Source: an uncultured Gammaproteobacteria bacterium (lineage in GTDB: Bacteria; Patescibacteriota; Microgenomatia; Daviesbacterales; UBA10151). Taken from it: DNA of 64,000 bases. Shown in pieces: positions 28,493 to 37,474 of the stretch. A program made the translations under genes and the position numbers. Position 1 is the first letter of the stretch, and each line of letters starts with the position of its first letter. The notes under the pieces are model-generated. The model was given only the letters and a program-made list of their open reading frames with translations. It was not told the DNA's origin and did no database searches. The stretch is taken from positions 22,030 through 86,029 of the forward strand of contig CAYRCR010000001.1 of the NCBI GenBank assembly GCA_964422835.1, in the 5' to 3' direction.

Positions 28493-29984
28493 TCACAACA
28501 TCGGAAAAGTATGCCTCATTATCCATAAATTTATCAATAAGGGGAGCGCGTATTCCCCTACTCGGTTCAATAATCAAAAATTGCATTTTCGGTAAATTAG
28601 ATCTGGATACCTGAATTTGTAAATTGCCAGGGTATCCCATTGCCGCATCACCTCCCCACACCGGAAGATACCGATATTTTTTACCCCCGTACCATTCAAA
28701 TAAATAGCTCCATGTTGTATTAACATTTAAGGGCATCGACAATGAATTGATGGCAAAGGGAACACCTTTTGCTTCCCGGTATATATAATCGATAGCTTTT
28801 TTCTCATCAGATAAAAGCATGCCCGATTGAACATTGATGGTATTTATCGGACCTCCCGGATTAAATTTGGTAATCAGCATAATATTTGAAATAAATATTA
28901 TGATCAAAAATCCCAAACCCGTCAGTTTTGTTTTTGCCCATATTTTTTGAATTAAAAATGAACTGAAAATCAGGAACGAGGCAGACGCGCCGACATTGTA
29001 ATAATAGAGCGGTGTTAAGGATTTATTGCCCAAATAAGGTATCCAACCGCCAAGAAACCAGACAAATAAGAAGACAAGTTTCGGTCTGATATCATTATTT
29101 CTCAAATACATTAAAAAAAATGCAAGTAGTACGATTAACAAAAATGTAGGGAAAGAACCAAAGGAAATAAAATTATCATAAATTAGCCGGTTACTGATTA
29201 AAAATACATTACCTACAATATTCCCAAAGGTTAAGCCGTTACTGTTTAAATTGGAAATAATTGACAATAAAATGGTAGCAGATCTCATATTAAATTTAAG
29301 TTCAGATATTATAAATGTCGAAACAGTTAACAACAGCCCAAAGAATGAAAAAAGATAAAGTCCGGTTTTTGGCTTTGGTATATAATGCTTTAAAAAAATA
29401 ATTAATGTTACCAAAATAAAAATTAAATAAAGTAGGACAAACTCAAATTGTATAGACAAACCTAAACCCAAAGATGCCAAAATTAATCCTTTATTTTCCT
29501 TTCTGAAAAAGAATAGGGCAAGGCCTAAATAAAATATAAGTACGGATACAACAGCCAATGACGGATGATTAAAATAAAGGGCATATTGCGTTTGCTCAAA
29601 AGAAATAGCAAACAGCAAAGATGAAAATAGACCTACCGTCTTATTAAAAAGGACGGAAGCAATCAAAAATATCAAAAATATGCCTCCGGCGTTAATTATC
29701 CTTAACAGTCCGGCTACTCCTTCCGGATTACCATCAAAGAAAAAATAAACCGGAGCATAAATATAATAATAAAGCGGCCCATGATACCACCCTTCTACCC
29801 CGGTGGGGGGGCCAATTAAACGTAAATTTCCTTTTAAAATTTCCAAAGCGGCAAATGCATCACGGGCCTGATCAAAACCAAAATAGACATTCCCCGGAAA
29901 GTATAGAAAACGCAAAATTAGGGCAAATAAAAATATAACCCCTAAAACTATTAGAGTATTTTTATTCATAATTTCAATAACCAA
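28437..29984 (-). CDS. GT39/ArnT-like membrane glycosyltransferase. Paralog of the 32156..33670 gene.
   Basis: 'LRFLYFPGNVYFGFDQARDAFAALEILKG' and 'AISFEQTQYALYF'. The C-terminal domain 'TTWSYLFEWYGGKKYRYLPVWGGDAAMGYPGNLQIQ' is nearly colinear with the 32156 ORF. Confidence 0.65.
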   Translation of the reverse strand: MVIEIMNKNTLIVLGVIFLFALILRFLYFPGNVYFGFDQARDAFAALEILKGNLRLIGPPTGVEGWYHGPLYYYIYAPVYFFFDGNPEGVAGLLRIINAGGIFLIFLIASVLFNKTVGLFSSLLFAISFEQTQYALYFNHPSLAVVSVLIFYLGLALFFFRKENKGLILASLGLGLSIQFEFVLLYLIFILVTLIIFLKHYIPKPKTGLYLFSFFGLLLTVSTFIISELKFNMRSATILLSIISNLNSNGLTFGNIVGNVFLISNRLIYDNFISFGSFPTFLLIVLLAFFLMYLRNNDIRPKLVFLFVWFLGGWIPYLGNKSLTPLYYYNVGASASFLIFSSFLIQKIWAKTKLTGLGFLIIIFISNIMLITKFNPGGPINTINVQSGMLLSDEKKAIDYIYREAKGVPFAINSLSMPLNVNTTWSYLFEWYGGKKYRYLPVWGGDAAMGYPGNLQIQVSRSNLPKMQFLIIEPSRGIRAPLIDKFMDNEAYFSDVVSEEQFGQLVVQSRRGRDT

Positions 29985-30825
29985 CCTTTTTAAAAGGTAA
30001 AATTCTTCTTTTAGCTTTTTTCAGCGCTGTTTCAGCAATTGCCCTGATTCTATAACTATTTGACATCCTTTCCCAAGGTGATGGTACTATTTCCGGCCGG
30101 GGGAGATAAAAAGCTTCCGGGTATTTAAAATCCTGCGGAAACGGGATACCCAACTCATATTTATATTTCAGCCCTCTTTTAGGTACATTTGAGTCATTTA
30201 ATTTAGTAGAAGATCTGGTCATATTGGTAAAATGAAAATAAGGATAATTTAAAAATTTGCGGAATTTTCTATTTCTGTTTTGGATTAGAACCCCATCATT
30301 ATCATAAAATCCCTGTTGGCCATGTGGCTTTTCCAAATGTAATCCCGGAATTTTTCTATTTAGAGCCCGGATATTTATATGACCAGACTTTTTATCTATA
30401 ACATACCCTCCAGCTACCTCTTCCTGATAATGATAAATATCACCGATAATGTTATAGTAAGGGGAAACTATTGTCTCAAGCTTATCTCCCTCCCGCTGAA
30501 TATTATCCACGAGTTGCGCAATTGATTTATCCCACCATATTTCATCACCATCCAATATTATAATCCAGTCGCTTTTAGTAGCATCCAGCATTTCCTGCCT
30601 TACCATAGTAAATTGATTAATATCCACATCACCTGCTTCCTTAAAATCAATTTTTTCAGGATTTTCTTTTTGTAAAAGTTTAATAATTTCCAGTGTTTTA
30701 TCTGTGCTCCCTGTATCCCAAAGCAGGATTTTATCAACATGCTTTATAACGGACGTGACAGAGTACCAAAGGTATCTTTCCTCGTTTTTGACCAAGGTAT
30801 TTACCCAAATAATTTTATTTTTCAT
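29974..30825 (-). CDS. Glycosyltransferase family 2-like (GT-A).
   Basis: 'LVKNEERYLWYSVTSV...ILLWDTGSTDKT...IIILDGDEIW' (DxD); 283 aa. Confidence 0.65.
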   Translation of the reverse strand: MKNKIIWVNTLVKNEERYLWYSVTSVIKHVDKILLWDTGSTDKTLEIIKLLQKENPEKIDFKEAGDVDINQFTMVRQEMLDATKSDWIIILDGDEIWWDKSIAQLVDNIQREGDKLETIVSPYYNIIGDIYHYQEEVAGGYVIDKKSGHINIRALNRKIPGLHLEKPHGQQGFYDNDGVLIQNRNRKFRKFLNYPYFHFTNMTRSSTKLNDSNVPKRGLKYKYELGIPFPQDFKYPEAFYLPRPEIVPSPWERMSNSYRIRAIAETALKKAKRRILPFKKVGY

Positions 30826-32129
30826 TTTTTACCAGTTTTGAATTGATAAAGTACCCAAATTGAAGATATTAAAAAACTAAATATATTACTTAAAAGAACA
30901 GTGATAGCAGCGCCTAAAACTCCAAAAGAAGAAATAAGGAACCAACCACCCACTCCCATAATTGATAGCTGGCCCAAAGCTATCACATTAAAAAATTTTG
31001 GTTTAGCAAAATAATAAAAGATTGCCTGTTGTGCAGGCAAAGCCAGTAAAAATACAATTTGAGCAATAAAAAGAATTATGAATGGCGGAATGCTTGCTTC
31101 ATAATCCGCTCCATAGATTTGCGGCAGGAGAAAAATTCCGATTGGCAAGAGTAAGAAACCGACCAAAGACATACCCAGTGTTAAAAGCTGCAATTTTTTG
31201 AGATAAGCTATAACTTTATCACGGGTGTCAAAACTTGATAGCTTTGGCGCAACTACTGTGGCTAAGGCAAAAATAAGCTGTGGAGCAACTGTCGTAACTT
31301 GCGCTGCTACCGAGTAGATACCAACCTGGGCGACTGTTAAAAAGCGTGCTGAAAGAAAAGTATCAAGCCGGAAAGCAGTTGCTGTTAAAAGACCAACTAC
31401 AGCCACCCATTTACTATAGTTTAAAAGTTCGGATGCAACTGACCTTTCATTTTTGGCAGTCAAGTAGTTTGGTAGAAATATTAAGCTGATGAAGAAACCC
31501 AAAAAAGGCAAAGTGATATAAATAATTAATACCTGTGGTAAGTTTAATATGGAAAAAAGAGAGAGCGCAATTATAGCCAACAGCCTTAAACCATTTGTTC
31601 CAATATTTAAAAAATTCCAAATCCAAAATTTTTGATACGACTGAATGGCATGCGTTGACAGAGAAAAAAGCATTGCCCCGCCAGCTCCAATTAAACTTAG
31701 GCGGAGAGGAAGAGTGAGATCACTTTTCAAAAAAATTAGCTCCGAAGCGGCCGGCATTAAAAACCAACCTAAAACAAAACATATAAGCCATATAAATAAT
31801 TTTACTTTTAATCCTAGCTTTAAAAATTTTAAAGCTTTATCCTTGTCCACCATATTATATTTCCCCACAAAACGGATTATGCCCGTATCAATTCCTAAAT
31901 CACCAATATCTGCGATAAGTGTTATGGCCGCAATAGCTATAGATAAAATTCCAAAATCAGCGGGCCCTAAGAGTCTTGCAATATAAATGTAAAACAATAA
32001 ACCCAAAGTTCCGTTTACAATTGTTCCACCTGATGTTATAAAAAAATGGTTGATAGTTTTTGTGTGAATTACTGAAATTATTTTATTAAAAAGCATAAAC
32101 ACCCTAGCCTTGAGGATAACATTTTTCAA
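30822..32129 (-). CDS. Oligosaccharide flippase (Wzx / polysaccharide biosynthesis protein, MOP superfamily).
   Basis: 435 aa, about 12 TM helices. The N-terminal 'FFITSGGTIVNGTLGLLFYIYIARLLGPADFGILSIAIAAITL' is typical of Wzx-family flippases. Confidence 0.75.
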   Translation of the reverse strand: MKNVILKARVFMLFNKIISVIHTKTINHFFITSGGTIVNGTLGLLFYIYIARLLGPADFGILSIAIAAITLIADIGDLGIDTGIIRFVGKYNMVDKDKALKFLKLGLKVKLFIWLICFVLGWFLMPAASELIFLKSDLTLPLRLSLIGAGGAMLFSLSTHAIQSYQKFWIWNFLNIGTNGLRLLAIIALSLFSILNLPQVLIIYITLPFLGFFISLIFLPNYLTAKNERSVASELLNYSKWVAVVGLLTATAFRLDTFLSARFLTVAQVGIYSVAAQVTTVAPQLIFALATVVAPKLSSFDTRDKVIAYLKKLQLLTLGMSLVGFLLLPIGIFLLPQIYGADYEASIPPFIILFIAQIVFLLALPAQQAIFYYFAKPKFFNVIALGQLSIMGVGGWFLISSFGVLGAAITVLLSNIFSFLISSIWVLYQFKTGKK

Positions 32130-32155
32130 TCTTTAATGCTACTATATTAGGATCA

Positions 32156-33670
32156 ATGCGGACAATATTATTTAAAAAAACTACCTTAATAATTTCCGCC
32201 TTTCTTCTAATAGGAATTATTTTGAGGTTCCTTTATTTTCCCGACAATGTCTATTTTGCTTACGATCAGGCAAGAGACTCCTTTACTGCATTGGAGATTC
32301 TAAAAGGTGATTTTAAACTGATTGGTCCCCCTTCTTTTTTAAGTAATAAAATTTTTCCGGGTCCTTTAATTTTTTATATATACGCTTTAATCTATCTTAT
32401 TTTCGACAATAACCCCGAAGCTATCTCTGCAATGTTCCGCATATTTAATGTAACAGGAGTTATTCTTACCTTCCTTTTGGGAACAATTATTTTTAACAAA
32501 AAAACAGGTTTAATTGCCGCACTTCTATTTGCAATATCTTATGAACAAACCCAATACTCTCTTTTTATTTCACATCAACCTTTAGCTGTTGTTCCTGTCT
32601 TGTTATTTTATCTCGGACTAAGTTTATATGCTTTTAAAAAAAATACTAAAGGGCTAATTCTGACTGCTCTAGGATGGGGTTTTGCTATCCAATTCCATTA
32701 TGGTTATCTTCTACTATTATTTCCGCTTTTTTTTATATTGTTTCTTTTCAAAAATAATATCAGAGCAGTACAACCAAAAATTTTTTTCCTTACTTTTATG
32801 GCTCTCTTTCTTACATTATCAACCTTTGTCGTTGCAGAAGTTAAATATCACTCTTTTACTTCTTATTTTCTCCAAAATCAAACAACCAGCTTCGCCATCT
32901 ATCCCAAAGAGACACTTCAGATTGCTAATCGCTTCATCTATGATTTTTTTATCTCTGATTACCAGCTTACGCCCATCATTGGTTTGCTGGGGATCGCTAT
33001 TTTTCTCTATTTTATTTTTTTTCAAAAGAAAATACGTATGAAATTACTTTTTTTAGCTTGTTGGTTAATGGGTAGTCTTTTACCATATTTCCTTTCGGGG
33101 GTTCCCAGCTATTATTATGCGGCAGCTGCTTCAGTAAGTATAATTATATTGTTTTCATATCTAATTCCTTTTAATAGAAAAAGAATAATATTGACAATAA
33201 TATTATTGTCAGTTGTTGCAGTAAATAATTTAAATCAAATAATAAAGATAAATAAAACCGGAATAAATCGGGATATTGCAATACAACCGGGGATGTTAAC
33301 TTTTGACCAAAAAAAATCCATAGATTATATGTATATAGAAGCGCAAGGTAAACTTTTTGCCGTTAATATTCTTGGTATTCCCTTAAATGTTGCAACAACA
33401 TGGAGTTATTTATTTGAGTGGTATGGCAACAGTAAATATAAATTTTTGCCTGTTATGGGGGGAAGTATTGCAGATGGATACCCGGGCAACCTAAAAATTA
33501 TCCGGCAGCGTTCCCAACTTCCACCCTTACAATTTCTAATCATTGAACCAACTTTGGGCATAAGGGAGGAGTACGTAAATGGATTCATTAAAAATGAAGA
33601 TTATTTCAGTAAAATTAAAGAAGTAAGAGAATACGGAACCATTGTTGTGCAAAAAAGAAATAAAATTTAA
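32156..33670 (+). CDS. GT39/ArnT-like membrane glycosyltransferase. Paralog of the 28437..29984 gene.
   Basis: 'LRFLYFPDNVYFAYDQARDSFTALEILKG', 'AISYEQTQYSLFI', and C-terminal 'TTWSYLFEWYGNSKYKFLPVMGGSIADGYPGNLKII'. Roughly 50% identity to the 28437 ORF along the whole length, judged by eye. Confidence 0.65.
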   Translation: MRTILFKKTTLIISAFLLIGIILRFLYFPDNVYFAYDQARDSFTALEILKGDFKLIGPPSFLSNKIFPGPLIFYIYALIYLIFDNNPEAISAMFRIFNVTGVILTFLLGTIIFNKKTGLIAALLFAISYEQTQYSLFISHQPLAVVPVLLFYLGLSLYAFKKNTKGLILTALGWGFAIQFHYGYLLLLFPLFFILFLFKNNIRAVQPKIFFLTFMALFLTLSTFVVAEVKYHSFTSYFLQNQTTSFAIYPKETLQIANRFIYDFFISDYQLTPIIGLLGIAIFLYFIFFQKKIRMKLLFLACWLMGSLLPYFLSGVPSYYYAAAASVSIIILFSYLIPFNRKRIILTIILLSVVAVNNLNQIIKINKTGINRDIAIQPGMLTFDQKKSIDYMYIEAQGKLFAVNILGIPLNVATTWSYLFEWYGNSKYKFLPVMGGSIADGYPGNLKIIRQRSQLPPLQFLIIEPTLGIREEYVNGFIKNEDYFSKIKEVREYGTIVVQKRNKI

Positions 33671-33678
33671 AAATATCT

Positions 33679-35109
33679 ATGCTTATATTTATATTTTGGA
33701 TAATTTTTATTATTTCACATTTGGTTTTTTTAACTTCACTCCCAATATTTGAGGATGAGGCTATTTATCTTTACCTTGCAGATAAGATACCGGAGAATCC
33801 TTTACAGTTTCTCTTTGTCTATGCCTCCAGCTATGGTCTACTACCCATGTTCGGGTGGCTAGTTTCGGTTTTCAAGTTATTCTTGCAAGACAGCCTTATA
33901 GCCGGAAGAGTTTTAAATGTATTACTTGCTTCCACCTTAATATTTTGGGTAGTAAAAATTGCCCAGCTCTTTAAGATGAATAAATTTTTCACTTTTTCAG
34001 CAATTATTCTCCTAATAATTTCACCAATAATTCACCTAAACTCCCGTGTAGCGTTGCTTGACACATCAATCCTGGTTTTTACAGCCTGGTATATTTATTT
34101 TACGCTAAAATACTTAAAGGAAAGAAAATTTAAGGATATTTTTTTTCTTTTCTTTTCTGTATTAGCAGCAATATTAACTAAACCAACGGCAGTGTTCGGC
34201 CTTATTCCGGTTATATATTTGCTTTTCCTATGTTATACAAAAAACAAGAAAAGATTATTGTCCGGATTAATTTATATAACACCTGCTTACCTTATTCCAT
34301 TTATCTTCTTGGGATTAATTATTGTAATATTCGGTTCGCAAATACTCGGAGACAGTGGATCAAGTCTGATTTTTCACCAGCCTTTAAGAGACATAATGGC
34401 CAAAATAAAGATTAATATCTTTCTTACTTCGATTTGGTCTAAAACATATTACCTTCCTTTTTTGCTTCTGCCGGTTTTCTTCATTATATTCCATAAATTT
34501 ATTAAAAATAGGAACTTCTATCTCCTAATGGTAATTTGGCTTATCTCGTCAGTGATCTTTATGATCACATTAAACCGTTTCTATTATCCAAGGCATATAC
34601 TTATTTTATCATTACCCTTAATTGCTATTGCATCTGCATTTTTATCGGAAATTCCAAGAAAATCGGCTACTGTTATCTTTTTACTTCTTAGCCTCACCAA
34701 AATTCAACTTGGATGGGATATTATTACATCAATCAGCAATGCAGAAATTGCCCTTGAAGACAAATTTGAATATTTTGAAAATTACACTTCCGGCCAGAAT
34801 ATTAATCTAATATCCGATTATATTAACGAGTTATCTTATAACCAACCCATCACTGTGTGGCTGGATGGGAGCTATGTTATGGAATACGGGCTAAGGAGAG
34901 CGACAAAAAATACCAATGTTATTTTTAAATCCTTTCGGTTAGATGACAATCTATTGCAACACTCCCCAGGGACTGTTTTTAAAGATACCGGCAGGAAAAC
35001 ATATGTCATTGTTAACCGGTGGGAACCTATTAATAGTCAATCACTCAAACTTATTAAGTCTTTCCCTGTCAGTTTTCGGCACAGCCAACACCTCTATTTA
35101 TTGCCTTAA
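33679..35109 (+). CDS. GT39/PMT_2-family membrane glycosyltransferase.
   Basis: 'LTSLPIFEDEAIYLYLADKI' acidic first-loop motif; 476 aa, polytopic. Confidence 0.6.
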   Translation: MLIFIFWIIFIISHLVFLTSLPIFEDEAIYLYLADKIPENPLQFLFVYASSYGLLPMFGWLVSVFKLFLQDSLIAGRVLNVLLASTLIFWVVKIAQLFKMNKFFTFSAIILLIISPIIHLNSRVALLDTSILVFTAWYIYFTLKYLKERKFKDIFFLFFSVLAAILTKPTAVFGLIPVIYLLFLCYTKNKKRLLSGLIYITPAYLIPFIFLGLIIVIFGSQILGDSGSSLIFHQPLRDIMAKIKINIFLTSIWSKTYYLPFLLLPVFFIIFHKFIKNRNFYLLMVIWLISSVIFMITLNRFYYPRHILILSLPLIAIASAFLSEIPRKSATVIFLLLSLTKIQLGWDIITSISNAEIALEDKFEYFENYTSGQNINLISDYINELSYNQPITVWLDGSYVMEYGLRRATKNTNVIFKSFRLDDNLLQHSPGTVFKDTGRKTYVIVNRWEPINSQSLKLIKSFPVSFRHSQHLYLLP

Positions 35110-35862
35110 ACCGGGCTTTTTTGAAATTGACATGATAGATAACCCAAGCGGCAGGTCAATAAACCGCAGGAATAAATTTTCAACCTTAAAAAAGAAGATC
35201 AATAAAACATTTAATAAAAGAGGCGGCATTTTTAAATCCGATTTCGCGTTAGAAGGCCTTATACTTAACCATCTTTCAATTGGGCGTTTAAAAAGGGCTG
35301 GCAGGAAGAGAAAAGATGCTAAATATGTCAATCTGATTTCGTTAAAACCAAATTCAGTCAATATTTTTGATAATGCAGTTTTTGTGTACCTTCTTTTAGT
35401 ATGGGCCACGATATCATGGCTTCCTCTTAAAAGTTGGAATGCCGGCAGTTTCAGTAGCAATTTCCCTCCCGGTTTGAGGACTCTGAAAAACTCCCCAAGA
35501 GCACCTTTTTCATCAACTCTTTTGTGATAAAGTACATCAATTGAAATTATTAAGTCGAAAAAATTGTCTGAAAACGGCAAACTTTCTACGGAAGCTTTCT
35601 GAATCATTACCCCTCTTTGTTTTGCATATTTTAGGGCATTTATATTTATATCAACCCCCCAAATCTTACCAAATTCCTGTAATTTGCCAGTTAAAAATCC
35701 GGTGCCGCAACCAGCATCAAGGATATTATATTTACATTTGCCATTTTCTTCCCTGTATGGTAAATATTTTCTAACCATGGAAATAATTTCCAAATGGGTG
35801 CCAATATAATAAAAATGCTTTTCCTCATTCTTGTAGATATTCCAGTACTCTGATTTATCCAT
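35098..35862 (-). CDS. Class I SAM-dependent methyltransferase.
   Basis: 'ILDAGCGTGFLTGKL' (motif I), 'FDLIISIDVLYH', 'LKPGGKLLL'; 254 aa. Its 3' end overlaps the convergent upstream gene by 12 nt. Confidence 0.8.
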   Translation of the reverse strand: MDKSEYWNIYKNEEKHFYYIGTHLEIISMVRKYLPYREENGKCKYNILDAGCGTGFLTGKLQEFGKIWGVDININALKYAKQRGVMIQKASVESLPFSDNFFDLIISIDVLYHKRVDEKGALGEFFRVLKPGGKLLLKLPAFQLLRGSHDIVAHTKRRYTKTALSKILTEFGFNEIRLTYLASFLFLPALFKRPIERWLSIRPSNAKSDLKMPPLLLNVLLIFFFKVENLFLRFIDLPLGLSIMSISKKPGLRQ

Positions 35863-35893
35863 AAATATTAATTATTAAAGTTATTATTATGTT

Positions 35894-37474
35894 GTGTATT
35901 ATAATAAAATGGTGAGTGGAAAAAAATTGCCGGCGCAAACCATATATAAACACTTTTTATTGTATATAATAATCATACCATTCTATATTCTCGGTATATA
36001 TCAGGATTTACCTTATGCTCCAAAATCTGATGAATTTTCATTTGTTAAGCCTGCCGTTAATATAGTATCCACCAGAGACCTTAATCCACATAAATTTGGG
36101 CAACCCGGCTCAACCCTTATTTATCCCCTGGCATTTATCTACCATATAGAGAATACATTATTCCATGACGGGCAATTGCTACATGCCAATCCGGGTATTC
36201 AAACAAGATTTAACAATAACCCAGAGTTGTTTTATATTCAAGGGAGAATCTTAAATATTTTATATGCTCTTTTGTCTCTCCCATTTATCTTTTTGATAAG
36301 TTCCCGCTTTCTTGGCAGAAAAATATCATACTTATTAGTGTTTCTGGTTTTCATTTCCCCTAATATTATTGACCATGCCCAAACAGTAAGAACTGACAGT
36401 AGCGCTTTATTTTTTGGCGCAATGAGCGTATGGTTAATTTTAAAAACCAAAGAAAATCCATCAATCAGGAACCAACTTCTTACGGGAATTTCAATCGGCT
36501 TAAGTATTGCCAGCCGCTATTTTTTGGTCGTTATTGTCCCTCTTCTATTGCTTACCGATATTTATATCTTACATTCTAAACACCTCTACACCAACTCTTT
36601 GCGCAAATACCTGCTAACTGGTTTTATTATAGGCATAACGGCCATATTTGCCGCTTTCTTTACCACTACTCCCTATATCCTCCTAGATTTTCCTACATCC
36701 CTGACAACCATTCGACATGAAGCGCGAACTTCTCATTTGGGAGCAGATAACCTTTCACAATTAGGAAATTTTTTTTGGTATTTAACAATTGCTATTCCCA
36801 ACAGCATTTCATGGCCCCTTACAATACTGGCCTACCTCGGATTTTTCCAACTAATTATTAGCCGAAGGTTCGACAAGGTAATATTCGCATCATTTACAAT
36901 AATGTTTTTGACAGCCATAAGTTTACTTTCTTTACATTGGGAATATTGGCTTGTTCCGGTTATCCCTTTTATATTTATTGCCGCGTTTGCCGGTTTTTCT
37001 TATGTCAGCAAATTTCTTTTTACGAGGTATAAGATAAAGGCAGTATCCATTGCCAGTGGCATCTTTTTAGTGTTATCTATTTCTCCCTATATTTACCAAT
37101 CCACTATTTATAATTTGGGGAAGGCAGGAACAACAACCAGAATACAAGCCAGAGAGTGGATTACTAAAAATCTCCCGCCCAAAAGTAAAATTATTCAAGA
37201 ACAGTATAGTGCATCTTTAGAGAATACAACTTTTAGTTATGATGAATATTTTTCCTTAGCTGAAAAATTTTCATCGGAAAAAATTAAAAATTTAAATACC
37301 GAATACATTATAACAAGCAGCTATATTTACGAGCGCTACTTCCACGAACCAAACCGTTACATAAACGAAATTAATTTTTATCAAAACATAGATACGAATA
37401 GCTATCTTGTAAAACAAATTAAGCCTGCACTTATACATTCAGGCCCAACAATTAATATCTATAAAATTAGATAA
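35894..37474 (+). CDS. Polytopic membrane protein, GT-C-type (GT39/83-like) glycosyltransferase candidate.
   Basis: 526 aa with hydrophobic helices throughout the N-terminal 400 aa and 'PYAPKSDEFSFVKPAVNIV' after helix 1. The C-terminal domain is about 120 aa and soluble. Confidence 0.45.
   Translation: MYYNKMVSGKKLPAQTIYKHFLLYIIIIPFYILGIYQDLPYAPKSDEFSFVKPAVNIVSTRDLNPHKFGQPGSTLIYPLAFIYHIENTLFHDGQLLHANPGIQTRFNNNPELFYIQGRILNILYALLSLPFIFLISSRFLGRKISYLLVFLVFISPNIIDHAQTVRTDSSALFFGAMSVWLILKTKENPSIRNQLLTGISIGLSIASRYFLVVIVPLLLLTDIYILHSKHLYTNSLRKYLLTGFIIGITAIFAAFFTTTPYILLDFPTSLTTIRHEARTSHLGADNLSQLGNFFWYLTIAIPNSISWPLTILAYLGFFQLIISRRFDKVIFASFTIMFLTAISLLSLHWEYWLVPVIPFIFIAAFAGFSYVSKFLFTRYKIKAVSIASGIFLVLSISPYIYQSTIYNLGKAGTTTRIQAREWITKNLPPKSKIIQEQYSASLENTTFSYDEYFSLAEKFSSEKIKNLNTEYIITSSYIYERYFHEPNRYINEINFYQNIDTNSYLVKQIKPALIHSGPTINIYKIR

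Noticed and set aside
32682-33041. 119-aa plus-strand ORF in an alternative frame.
   Set aside because: It lies inside the 32156..33670 GT39-like gene on the same strand in a different frame, and that gene's protein has conserved paralog support.
34943-35527. 194-aa plus-strand ORF.
   Set aside because: It overlaps the well-supported minus-strand SAM methyltransferase (35098..35862) and the end of the 33679 GT-C gene. It has a basic, low-complexity composition typical of antisense frames in AT-rich DNA.
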